Shown here: positions 56,715 through 64,000 of the stretch, one piece after another
Position numbering within the stretch: position 1 is the stretch's first letter
Layout of the letters: each line of letters opens with the position of its first letter
IMG/VR virus record: IMGVR_UViG_3300032285_004073
Location: 112,808-176,807 of that record
Strand: one strand, 5' to 3'
Origin: a virus
Length of the DNA stretch: 64,000 bases
Translations under genes and position numbers: made by a program
The notes under the pieces: generated by a model
Told to the model about the DNA's origin: nothing
The model's database searches: none
Seen by the model: the letters and a program-made list of their open reading frames with translations, nothing else

Positions 56715-56969
56715 ATGAATTGCAAAACCTGCTATAACCCAATTGAACAAGAACGTCTCTTTATTCTCCCTAACACCGTGTTTTGTGCATCATGTGCACA
56801 AAAACATAATAATGTAAAACCTCGCAAAGGTATTATGTGCTACGGGTCTAAAGATTGTGGCGAAATTCAAATCGTATCAGCAGACTATTACGAAGCCAAT
56901 AAAAATTATTTTGTTCCTATTGGAGCTCGTAGCGCTGTAAAGAATTTTAGTAAAAATGTTTGCGCATGA
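56715..56969 (+). CDS. DksA/TraR-type C4 zinc-finger protein
   Basis: CKTC..PI..ERL..LP....CASC pattern. Confidence 0.8.
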   Translation: MNCKTCYNPIEQERLFILPNTVFCASCAQKHNNVKPRKGIMCYGSKDCGEIQIVSADYYEANKNYFVPIGARSAVKNFSKNVCA

Positions 56970-57205
56970 GTAAATATGTCCTGCAACGCTGGTCGGGGGT
57001 AGCTTGGTATGATACTATGTGCTCCCCTTATGAGACTATGGGGGAAATCAAAGCTCACCTGAAAGATTATGGGTGGCATTATACAGAAAGCAATCCTTAC
57101 AGAATTAAAGATTATAATCCGAAACAAAAAATTAAAAATTATTTTCCAAAATATAATTTAAATTCTGATAAGGGCGTGGTTGTACAAAATACATTTAATT
57201 TCTGA
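56966..57205 (+). CDS. Hypothetical protein
   Basis: ATGA overlap with the DksA/TraR stop. Confidence 0.6.
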   Translation: MSKYVLQRWSGVAWYDTMCSPYETMGEIKAHLKDYGWHYTESNPYRIKDYNPKQKIKNYFPKYNLNSDKGVVVQNTFNF

Positions 57206-57476
57206 CCCAAAAATAAGCGTAAGTATTTGGGTGCAACCAGTAGATCATCTTACAGAAAAATGGACCAGTTTCCATAAAAATGACAAAGAGGCTCAAAAAG
57301 AACTTGAACAAAAATTAATTAAGTTTAGTGAAACACATTTAATAGTTACGGCAAAGAAAACTCTTATAGAATCTAAGCGTACTCGAGGTAGGTTAGAAAA
57401 TAAAAAAGACGGACAAGAGCTTTTTATTTATTCTTTTATGGTGGTTAAGGCCCCTAAGAAGATAAATAGTATATAA
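57180..57476 (+). CDS. Hypothetical protein (start uncertain)
   Basis: Co-oriented; its stop overlaps the next ATG. Confidence 0.5.
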   Translation: MYKIHLISDPKISVSIWVQPVDHLTEKWTSFHKNDKEAQKELEQKLIKFSETHLIVTAKKTLIESKRTRGRLENKKDGQELFIYSFMVVKAPKKINSI

Positions 57477-57871
57477 TGAATAAGAAAGATTTAGATTTAA
57501 TTTCAGAAGCTTATGTCAAAGTAAATAAAACAAAGGCTACTCTTCAGGAGTCTTTTAATTACACAGAACTTGCACATCAAATTTTACATGCAGCTGAAGA
57601 GCTCATGAATGATGGAGTCAGACATACCTTTGCTGAAGTCTGGCACGGTAATGAAGACTACGAAGTAATTTTAGAACGCTATATAGATAGTATTAAAGAT
57701 TTAGTTATCATAGCTTCTCAGTTAAAGAAAGGTGATTTGGAAAAAGTTAAAAAACTTTACAATAGTTTAGACATGGTAGCAAAAGATCATCTTCCAAGAT
57801 CTTTTACTATGTTAGTTGACAATCTTACAGTATCCAATCCTTCAGAAGAAGAGAAAGAAAAAAATGCCTAA
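57476..57871 (+). CDS. Hypothetical late protein, possible capsid cargo
   Basis: TAAATA at 57463-68; N-terminal DLISEAY...LQES (I/L-x-E sites). Confidence 0.6.
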   Translation: MNKKDLDLISEAYVKVNKTKATLQESFNYTELAHQILHAAEELMNDGVRHTFAEVWHGNEDYEVILERYIDSIKDLVIIASQLKKGDLEKVKKLYNSLDMVAKDHLPRSFTMLVDNLTVSNPSEEEKEKNA

Positions 57872-58169
57872 AATTGTTTATTGGGGTGGCCAAGATTATA
57901 AAGTCGTAGACGGTCAAAAGTCTTATGGCCCTTTTAGCAAACAAGAAGCAGAAGAGTTTGTAAAAGAATTAGAAGATTTAAACAAACCAGGTACTTACGA
58001 AGATTTTAAAAAACTATTTGGTCCTCTTCGCGCTGAACTTAAAAAGCATATTGAAGATACTAAAGTTCAACGCGAAGAGGAAGCTAGAAAAAAGAAAGCA
58101 GCTGGTGAAGCAGAATTAAAAAGTCTTTCTTTCAAAAGACATTTCTCAGACTCTCAAAGTCTTTCCTAG
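57864..58169 (+). CDS. Hypothetical protein
   Basis: MPKIVYWGG...; overlaps the upstream stop. Confidence 0.55.
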   Translation: MPKIVYWGGQDYKVVDGQKSYGPFSKQEAEEFVKELEDLNKPGTYEDFKKLFGPLRAELKKHIEDTKVQREEEARKKKAAGEAELKSLSFKRHFSDSQSLS

Positions 58170-59237
58170 ACTATTAACAGTGGCTTTGTTCCCGTGAACA
58201 ACCACCGGTTCAACACCTATTACATCATCTGTATAGTTGATAATTGAAAATCCATTTTGCCAGTTGCAACTTGGTGCATAATCCGGATCCATCTTACAAG
58301 CACAACCATTTTCATAGTTAGTATTATAGATGTCACCCCTGAGCCCTGCTGCTGGAATTCTTTGACACGTCATGCCCATACGATGAGTATGATTAGTCAT
58401 AGTAGACGTCATCTTCTTCTCCCATTCTCCACGAGCTGACATAGCTCCTATTTTTCTAACAACAGTTCCGTGATAGACAATAAAGTTTGTAGGTAATACA
58501 ACTTCATCAACTAATTTAATTCTACTCCAAGACTCTTTAGGGAAGAAGAGATTTTGATAAGAAAGTTCATCTTTAGCAATCTCGGCCAACTCTCCTAACT
58601 GAGCACTAAGATATCTCCAAAGCCTTCCTTCAACGGAATTGCCTGAATGATTAGCATTAGTCTCAAAGATTAAGGAACCAAACGGTTCTGTAACATCATG
58701 AAGAAGTTTTAAGAATTTATGGTATGCCTCTCTTTCTTTAAGAAGACTTTGTTTATATCTAGCATCCTTTGGATACTTACTAACTGCAAACATATCCATA
58801 GTATCACCATTAAGGATAACTTGCTGTGGTTTAGTCTCTGCAACAGTTTGCAAGAAAAGATCTAAAGTATTCCAATCTTCACAACCAAAATGTGTATCTC
58901 CTATAACACAAGCAATTTTATTAGCTTCTTGTCTAACTTTAGATCTCTCCGGAGCTGGATAAACAATAGGAGCCAATTCCTCAATCGATAATTTAGGATT
59001 TTTAGCAATTGGATCAAATGGAACATATACATCATCTTCACCCAACTCACTATCTTCTGAATAGTATTCATCTACAATAGTTGTTACCGTGTGATGTTTA
59101 CGAGGGCTCACCCAATCAAATATGGTTGACCTGGGTACACCCAGCAGATTAGATATTTCAGTCTTGGACTTACCCTGTTGGAAGAGATCCTGTGCTAAGG
59201 ATTTCTTCTGATCTCGTGTTAGAATGTTATTAGACAT
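58146..59237 (-). CDS. HTH-domain calcineurin-like metallophosphoesterase
   Basis: GKSKTEISNLLGVPRSTIFDW (HTH); GDTH, GD..D, ANH, HG, NHTH motifs. Confidence 0.85.
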   Translation of the reverse strand: MSNNILTRDQKKSLAQDLFQQGKSKTEISNLLGVPRSTIFDWVSPRKHHTVTTIVDEYYSEDSELGEDDVYVPFDPIAKNPKLSIEELAPIVYPAPERSKVRQEANKIACVIGDTHFGCEDWNTLDLFLQTVAETKPQQVILNGDTMDMFAVSKYPKDARYKQSLLKEREAYHKFLKLLHDVTEPFGSLIFETNANHSGNSVEGRLWRYLSAQLGELAEIAKDELSYQNLFFPKESWSRIKLVDEVVLPTNFIVYHGTVVRKIGAMSARGEWEKKMTSTMTNHTHRMGMTCQRIPAAGLRGDIYNTNYENGCACKMDPDYAPSCNWQNGFSIINYTDDVIGVEPVVVHGNKATVNSLGKTLRV

Positions 59238-59299
59238 TGTTTTTATATTAATAAATATTTTAAATATATCAAGTATTAATTTTTAGGGGTTCTTTTTGA

Positions 59300-59328
59300 T
59301 TGACCTTTCCCTAATTATTAGATATTAT
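59300..59328 (+). promoter_or_regulatory. Sigma70 promoter, probably leaderless
   Basis: TTGACC-N17-TATTAT, ATG 6 nt downstream. Confidence 0.7.
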
Positions 59329-59334
59329 TAATAC

Positions 59335-59964
59335 ATGAAAAATAACAATACCACATTGACAGAAGCATATTCCTCTATCTACAATGAAGATATCACCACC
59401 GAGAAAGGTGCTCAACACACACAAGAGCTTATCACACAGCTTCTTGATTACCTTAGCAAGGGTCAGACTATTGCAGCCTTTAAGTATAAATCTAAGGGTC
59501 TCGGGGAGACTGCAGACTACCAGGTACATTTGAATGTTGATTATAAAAAGGCTAAGGAAGAGGATTATAAAAAGCTCGAAGCTTATGAGCCTCAGACAGA
59601 ATTGGAAGCGCAAGCCAAGGAGCACCTTCTCAATCTCTATCGCAACCCAAAAGCTCGTACTCAGAAGCAATTGGACACCTATACCAGTTATGGTAAGGGT
59701 ATCCGAGTCAATAATAACAATGGTTTGTTGCATCTCTTTGGTTACAAGATTAACAAGAAGACCATTGAAAATGGGGTAGAGAAAAAAGATACTCGCGGAG
59801 AACTCAAGAAGGCTTGTGATAATCTCAAGATCAAGCTCAACTTTCTACACCAGGCAATTCGAGATTTTATTCTTGATCCAGACCATATCATTAGCCTCAA
59901 GGCTAAAGGCAATGTCATTGAATTTCAACAAGATGACAACGGTGCTAGCACTGGAGGGGAATAA
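59335..59964 (+). CDS. Hypothetical early protein, GC-richer codon usage
   Basis: 209-aa ORF directly under its own promoter. Confidence 0.7.
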   Translation: MKNNNTTLTEAYSSIYNEDITTEKGAQHTQELITQLLDYLSKGQTIAAFKYKSKGLGETADYQVHLNVDYKKAKEEDYKKLEAYEPQTELEAQAKEHLLNLYRNPKARTQKQLDTYTSYGKGIRVNNNNGLLHLFGYKINKKTIENGVEKKDTRGELKKACDNLKIKLNFLHQAIRDFILDPDHIISLKAKGNVIEFQQDDNGASTGGE

Positions 59965-59972
59965 GTAATTTG

Positions 59973-60914
59973 GTGAATTTTAGAGAATTCTTTACAGAAA
60001 GATATATTTCCAGTGATGGGGTAGCAGACAGGTATTATAAATTACCTTCATCTAAGCTACCTCATTACATTTTAAAAGATGAATTGACTCAATATAAATT
60101 TTCTAATGATAAAGAAAATTCTATTGGAGTCTTAAAACCGTATCGTAGAGCTGGAAACGTACATGCGGCTTGTACTTTTGAACCTAATAAATTAGATTTA
60201 AGAGTATTTCTTTTCCATTTAGCCAAGTATAGACATACAGATGAAAAACCTAAAAACGCTTTTCATCAAAGACTTTGGAAAGATTTCTATGAATCTGTTG
60301 TAGACGATACAGTCCGCATTGTTAATGAACAATTAAAGTTCAATCCAGATGCTGTTTTATATTATGTACAATCTAAAAGTCCTTTTAATGAAGCAGTAAG
60401 AAGTAAAATCAATACACCTTCTCATAAGGTAAGCAAGAAAACCTTTGGTGATTTGTATAAGATATATAAGTCTAATAAGTTTATTCTTAACTCATTAGTT
60501 AAGTCCAATATTAAAGATGATAAATATCCCAATCGTAGTATTATAGCTAAAAATGCTTTAGAAAAATTATTAGATATAGTAGGCAAGGATGGAAACATTC
60601 AACAAGAACCTTTGTCTTTAGAAAAGGTTGCAGAGTATATAATCGATTTAAAGGTAATAGATAAAAATAAAATACCAGCTGGAGATGCAGGGTTTGCAAC
60701 TAATAAAGCCTGGGTTCAAGAACGTCTAGTACCTAATGGGTTTTTTAATTTGCCCGATGCTAGTGGAAAAACTATTATAGTTATAGACGATAATATCAAT
60801 TCAGAAAGTACCTATATGGAAATTAATAGTAAAATAAATCAAAGGGATAAATATATTAAAATTATTTGGGTAGTAGGTATTATGCCTGAAGAAGTTATAA
60901 AAAATATAAAATAG
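59973..60914 (+). CDS. Phosphoribosyltransferase-fold protein with capsid-targeting-like N-terminus
   Basis: KTIIVIDDNINSEST resembles the PRPP-binding loop; MNFREFFTE; TAAGTA 5 nt upstream. Confidence 0.6.
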   Translation: MNFREFFTERYISSDGVADRYYKLPSSKLPHYILKDELTQYKFSNDKENSIGVLKPYRRAGNVHAACTFEPNKLDLRVFLFHLAKYRHTDEKPKNAFHQRLWKDFYESVVDDTVRIVNEQLKFNPDAVLYYVQSKSPFNEAVRSKINTPSHKVSKKTFGDLYKIYKSNKFILNSLVKSNIKDDKYPNRSIIAKNALEKLLDIVGKDGNIQQEPLSLEKVAEYIIDLKVIDKNKIPAGDAGFATNKAWVQERLVPNGFFNLPDASGKTIIVIDDNINSESTYMEINSKINQRDKYIKIIWVVGIMPEEVIKNIK

Positions 60915-60915
60915 T

Positions 60916-61515
60916 ATGCAATTTAAAGAATTCTTTACAGAAGAAAAAAATGTAACACCAGAAAAGAGGTATCACAATATGGTTATTCTTTACGGAATGC
61001 CGGCATCTGGTAAGTCTTCAGTCCTTAGACACGGATTAATTAATCTTCCTAATATTAAAGTGTTAACATCTGATCATTGGTTAGAAATGATAGCCAAAAA
61101 GGAAAATTTAAATTTAAAAGACCCAGCAGTTGTTAATGCTTTACATAAAAGAGTATCTCCAAAATTTGACAAATACCGAGAAGACGTTCTCCATACCAAT
61201 AATAAAGCTAACATCGTTATAGAAAATATTGGTAAAAATTATCATAAGCTTTTAAAATTAATAACAAAAGCCCAATCAGAAGGTTTTAGAGTTATATTAG
61301 TTTGGATCAAAGTGGAAAAAGAAACCTCAGTGAAGGCTAATGTTGCAAGAGATAGATTTGTCAATCCAGAAGAAATAGAAATTTCTTATGAAAATACACG
61401 TAAACATTTTGAAGCATTAGTTGATGATGTAGACGAAGCATGGATAATAGATAATGATACACATCCAAATTTTAATGATTTTAGAAGTTCTAAATTTGTA
61501 AAAAGAATAAAATGA
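60916..61515 (+). CDS. P-loop kinase (AAA_33/zeta-toxin-like) with capsid-targeting-like N-terminus
   Basis: GMPASGKS, SD, IVIE, G..V.LV...V....S...N..R.R; MQFKEFFTEE. Confidence 0.75.
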   Translation: MQFKEFFTEEKNVTPEKRYHNMVILYGMPASGKSSVLRHGLINLPNIKVLTSDHWLEMIAKKENLNLKDPAVVNALHKRVSPKFDKYREDVLHTNNKANIVIENIGKNYHKLLKLITKAQSEGFRVILVWIKVEKETSVKANVARDRFVNPEEIEISYENTRKHFEALVDDVDEAWIIDNDTHPNFNDFRSSKFVKRIK

Positions 61516-61709
61516 ATATTGATAAGTTAACAAAAGAACAATTAATAGAAATTCTTAATGAGCTAAAGACTTGTGAGGGAACTATTTATGATGTATTTGA
61601 AAATACAACTAATCCCAATACTAAAATATGGATTCATGCATGGAGACGATATTGTGATAACTCTAGCGACATAGAAGATTATTATCCTCCGTCTTTAATA
61701 AATTTATGA
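61512..61709 (+). CDS. Hypothetical protein
   Basis: ATGA overlap with the upstream stop. Confidence 0.55.
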   Translation: MNIDKLTKEQLIEILNELKTCEGTIYDVFENTTNPNTKIWIHAWRRYCDNSSDIEDYYPPSLINL

Positions 61710-61849
61710 CATTGGAAGAAGAAAGAGACTACTGGAAAGAGTTAGTTAAAGAATTAGCTGACAGAATGGATCAGGAAATTATAAAAGAATATAAATTAAA
61801 AATAGAAAATAATAGTTGCAATTCTGAACAATTAGAGTTATTATTTTAA
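61706..61849 (+). CDS. Small hypothetical protein, 47 aa (not in the ORF track)
   Basis: MTLEEERDYWKELVKELADRMDQEIIKEY...; ATGA overlap. Confidence 0.45.
   Translation: MTLEEERDYWKELVKELADRMDQEIIKEYKLKIENNSCNSEQLELLF
61816..61844 (+). promoter_or_regulatory. Sigma70 promoter for the tRNA/ncRNA transcript
   Basis: TTGCAA-N17-TATTAT, ending 38 nt before the tRNA. Confidence 0.6.
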
Positions 61850-61882
61850 ACATAAGAATTGATCTTTGATAGTACATTTTAA

Positions 61883-61955
61883 CGCAGGATGGACAAACGG
61901 TTAAGTCGTTGCGCTCATAACGCAAAGATTCCGGGTTCGATTCCCGGTCCTGCCA
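61883..61955 (+). tRNA. tRNA-Met(CAT), initiator-like, CCA not encoded
   Basis: Full cloverleaf; CAT at 61916-18; unpaired C1:C72, A11:U24; anticodon stem TTGCG/CGCAA; T loop TTCGATT. Confidence 0.9.
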
Positions 61956-61961
61956 AATATT

Positions 61962-62410
61962 GCCAGTGTATCTTTATATACCAAGTATTGTTTAAGTGGC
62001 TGCTTAAACAATACAAGCCCTCAGCCAAAGGGGCTGGCTTATAAAATTTAACCGCTCTCTAGTTGTAGGTATAATCCTAGAGAGGAGTAAAGCTGAGTTG
62101 TCCGTTGGTGATTAGTAAGCTTTACTTTCGTTGGGGGAGCCAAAGACCTATGGTAAGCTTCGATCCCAGTGTTTGATAAATACAGACTAGACGGCGCGCT
62201 GGCTCCATGCCGGCACCCGTTGAGAAAGAAACAAAATCCGGAACAAAAGTCTTTCATACCACTAATTTCTTTAGTAATGCTACCAAACGCATGTCTCAAG
62301 TCGTGGGAGTACGGATACCGAAGCCGTTGGAACGCAGAGAGATAAAGAAAAAGTAAGAAGACTCGTTGCCTTGACGATACCAGCGCGATGGTGAGAGGAA
62401 CGTATAAAAG
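61962..62410 (+). ncRNA. Large structured RNA of unassigned family, downstream of the tRNA
   Basis: GC-richer intergenic stretch with many perfect helices, non-nested complementarities and a 6-bp loop-loop match; bounded by a promoter and a terminator. Confidence 0.7.
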
Positions 62411-62413
62411 AAA

Positions 62414-62459
62414 AATAGGAGCTAAAGCTTTAGTCAAGCAGAGGCTCCTATTTTTTTTT
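62414..62459 (+). terminator. Rho-independent terminator ending the tRNA/ncRNA unit
   Basis: AATAGGAGC (62414-22) / GCTCCTATT (62444-52) followed by a T run. Confidence 0.8.
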
Positions 62460-62460
62460 C

Positions 62461-62489
62461 TTGTATTTCCTTCTATAATTTTATATTAT
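62461..62489 (+). promoter_or_regulatory. Sigma70 promoter, probably leaderless
   Basis: TTGTAT-N17-TATTAT, ATG 6 nt downstream at 62496. Confidence 0.65.
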
Positions 62490-62495
62490 AGATAC

Positions 62496-62900
62496 ATGAT
62501 AGAACAAACACCACTTCCTTTCTTTTGTAATGATGGCGGCTTTAAGGCTTCTGGCATTAAGGACACTAATAATTGCACGGTTATAAGCTTTGCAATTGTT
62601 ACTGGTGTTGAATATAAAACAGCAGATTATATTGCAGTAAAAACCAAGCGTCGTCGTAGTTGTGGGCATTGGCCACATAAGATGGTTGCATATGCTAAAA
62701 GAGTTTATAATTTTAAATTTAAAAAATTTAAATTCTCCTCTATGACAATACAAAAATTTATTAGGACCTATCCAAGTGGTAGATATTATGTTGCTACTAA
62801 TAGGCATTGTTTTGCAATTATTGATGGTGTCGTTAATGATCATTCTGATATCAATAAACGTTTTGGAATCATTAAAGAGGCATGGCAATTTATTAATTAA
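62496..62900 (+). CDS. Phage protein with candidate Cys-His dyad (papain-like?)
   Basis: NNCTV..FAI..G..Y ... G.YYV...HCFAIIDG...D; true start 62496 rather than 62388. Confidence 0.65.
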   Translation: MIEQTPLPFFCNDGGFKASGIKDTNNCTVISFAIVTGVEYKTADYIAVKTKRRRSCGHWPHKMVAYAKRVYNFKFKKFKFSSMTIQKFIRTYPSGRYYVATNRHCFAIIDGVVNDHSDINKRFGIIKEAWQFIN

Positions 62901-62925
62901 TCCTATATATTATAACAATGCCTCA

Positions 62926-63222
62926 ATGAACCCTTTATCAGAGCTCAAAGAACATAGGTTTAATGGAATGATCCCTGAGAAGGAGATCTTAAAGAATTTG
63001 CCTGAAGATATTGTTCCTATCTGGGAGAAGTATATGAGAGGCAAAACAGTTCAAGAGATTGGATTTGATGATTGGGGAATCTATGATTATGATTATGATG
63101 CCTTTCGTAGGCATATTATCAATCTTTGTCTAAAGCATATGGATGATGAAGATAAGGAGAAAAGAGCTGTTGTATTAGATGAGTTAACTAAACAGGCCCA
63201 GAACCTTGATATGGGATATTGA
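62926..63222 (+). CDS. Hypothetical protein
   Basis: In-frame ATG after the upstream stop; the track extension to 62776 overlaps the previous gene. Confidence 0.6.
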   Translation: MNPLSELKEHRFNGMIPEKEILKNLPEDIVPIWEKYMRGKTVQEIGFDDWGIYDYDYDAFRRHIINLCLKHMDDEDKEKRAVVLDELTKQAQNLDMGY

Positions 63223-63229
63223 AAAAAGC

Positions 63230-63258
63230 TTGAAGTGTCCTAAAGAGCCCTATAGTAT
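63230..63258 (+). promoter_or_regulatory. Sigma70 promoter, probably leaderless
   Basis: TTGAAG-N17-TAGTAT, ATG 6 nt downstream. Confidence 0.55.
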
Positions 63259-63264
63259 AAAGGC

Positions 63265-63549
63265 ATGAAAAAGAAAATTGATGCAACCCATAAGGAATTC
63301 TGTGATTGGTTTCTTGCTGAAATTAGGCAAAAAGGAGATATGAATGAGATTAAGAAGGAATGGTCAGAAGTAGAGGCCTGTATCTATGAATCTGATAAAG
63401 ATTATAAGATGTACTTTAAACTCTATAAAGATGATGATAGGTCTGTAAGACAGATTAAAGGTTCAAAGCAGCTCTTTAATCCAACTATTGTTATTGATAA
63501 AGATGAAGAGGGTAATTTAATTGGAATAGAAATTCTAGCATACAAGTAA
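63265..63549 (+). CDS. Hypothetical protein
   Basis: 94-aa ORF; C-terminal IDKDEEGNLIGIEIL resembles DUF2283-type motifs. Confidence 0.6.
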   Translation: MKKKIDATHKEFCDWFLAEIRQKGDMNEIKKEWSEVEACIYESDKDYKMYFKLYKDDDRSVRQIKGSKQLFNPTIVIDKDEEGNLIGIEILAYK

Positions 63550-63550
63550 T

Positions 63551-63880
63551 ATGAATTATATATTCGCAGTTATTACCAAGGTCCCAAAGCCTAAGGATGG
63601 CAATGTCTATGATGCTGTTATGGTTAAGGACTGGGATGAGTTTAATAAGGAGCAGATTTATCGAATGGCTGTAGAAGAGGACTTTGATAAGCCTAATGAT
63701 TATATTAATGCTCATATCCCTGTGTTTGCCTTAGGGGAAGTCCTTATCCTTGATGGATCTTATGGTAGGGAGATAGCTGGAATGAGGAGGAAGCCATCGA
63801 AGTGGTTTGTAGATGTTGAAGAGTTTGATAACCTAGATGATGCTGTAAAGAAGGCTCAAGAAGTACTCAAGGAGGATTAA
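63551..63880 (+). CDS. Hypothetical protein
   Basis: 109-aa ORF, 1 nt after the upstream stop. Confidence 0.6.
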   Translation: MNYIFAVITKVPKPKDGNVYDAVMVKDWDEFNKEQIYRMAVEEDFDKPNDYINAHIPVFALGEVLILDGSYGREIAGMRRKPSKWFVDVEEFDNLDDAVKKAQEVLKED

Positions 63881-63883
63881 AAT

Positions 63884-64000
63884 ATGAATGAAGAAAGATA
63901 CTATCCAGGTAAAGGTTGTCAATGCTATGCACACTCTGAATATGAATGTGCTTGTAATGTAGATTGGACAGAACCTGAAGTCTATGAATTGAGGGATGAA
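63884..64000 (+). CDS. Hypothetical Cys-containing protein (3' end lies outside the window)
   Basis: MNEERYYPGKGCQCYAHSEYECACNVDWTEPEV...; open to the window end. Confidence 0.55.
   Translation, partial: MNEERYYPGKGCQCYAHSEYECACNVDWTEPEVYELRDE

Noticed and set aside
60916-61515. Zeta-epsilon toxin-antitoxin module
   Set aside because: Only generic P-loop kinase similarity; no recognisable epsilon antitoxin, and the leader suggests virion cargo.
61962-62410. RNase P RNA or tmRNA
   Set aside because: No GAGGAAAGUCC near the 5' end, no correctly ordered ACAGAA...GGCUUA, and no tRNA-like termini with T loop and CCA.
62183-62436. Group I intron: CAGACTAGACGGC resembles the P7/P3 (R) element and TAGTC occurs at 62431-35
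   Set aside because: TAGTC lies inside the terminator loop about 44 nt after the best P8 candidate (J8/7 is normally about 6 nt). There is no AAGATA-type S element and no interrupted exon, since the tRNA is intact. A cmsearch is still worthwhile.
62048-62495. Track ORF 62048-62437 (minus) and the 5' extension 62388-62495
   Set aside because: They overlap the structured RNA and terminator; a promoter points to 62496 as the real start.
1-64000. Stop-codon reassignment
   Set aside because: Long ORFs are intact under the standard code, and TAA, TGA and TAG all end genes at sensible boundaries.

Overview
64 kb of a large, AT-rich T4-like (myovirus) phage genome read with the standard genetic code. 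No CRISPR array, integrase or transposase is visible. 1-5.4 kb is a neck/head module (gp15, gp13, gp4, gp21, gp22, gp23). 5.5-9.6 kb holds a P-loop kinase, pyrimidine-dimer glycosylase, gp16-like small terminase, dUTPase and clamp loader gp44. 9.6-50.8 kb is a very large baseplate/tail-fibre region (gp25, gp6 and mosaic proteins with beta-propeller, LamG, VWA, RCC1, beta-roll, Gly-rich and S53-protease domains). 51-64 kb is an accessory region: heme oxygenase plus ferredoxin-dependent bilin reductase, DUF932, lipoprotein, DksA/TraR, metallophosphoesterase, putative capsid-packaged cargo proteins, an initiator-type tRNA-Met and a ~450-nt highly structured RNA. Best candidate for an undescribed system: the gp7-like baseplate protein (11963-15952) carries two phycobiliprotein-like domains that keep the bilin-attachment CxRD motif, and the same phage encodes a two-enzyme bilin pathway (51005-52209). 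This suggests a bilin-pigmented virion. Second candidate: the tRNA-linked RNA with a perfect 6-bp loop-loop complementarity. Many genes appear to be leaderless. All family assignments are from motif recognition by eye, not database searches.
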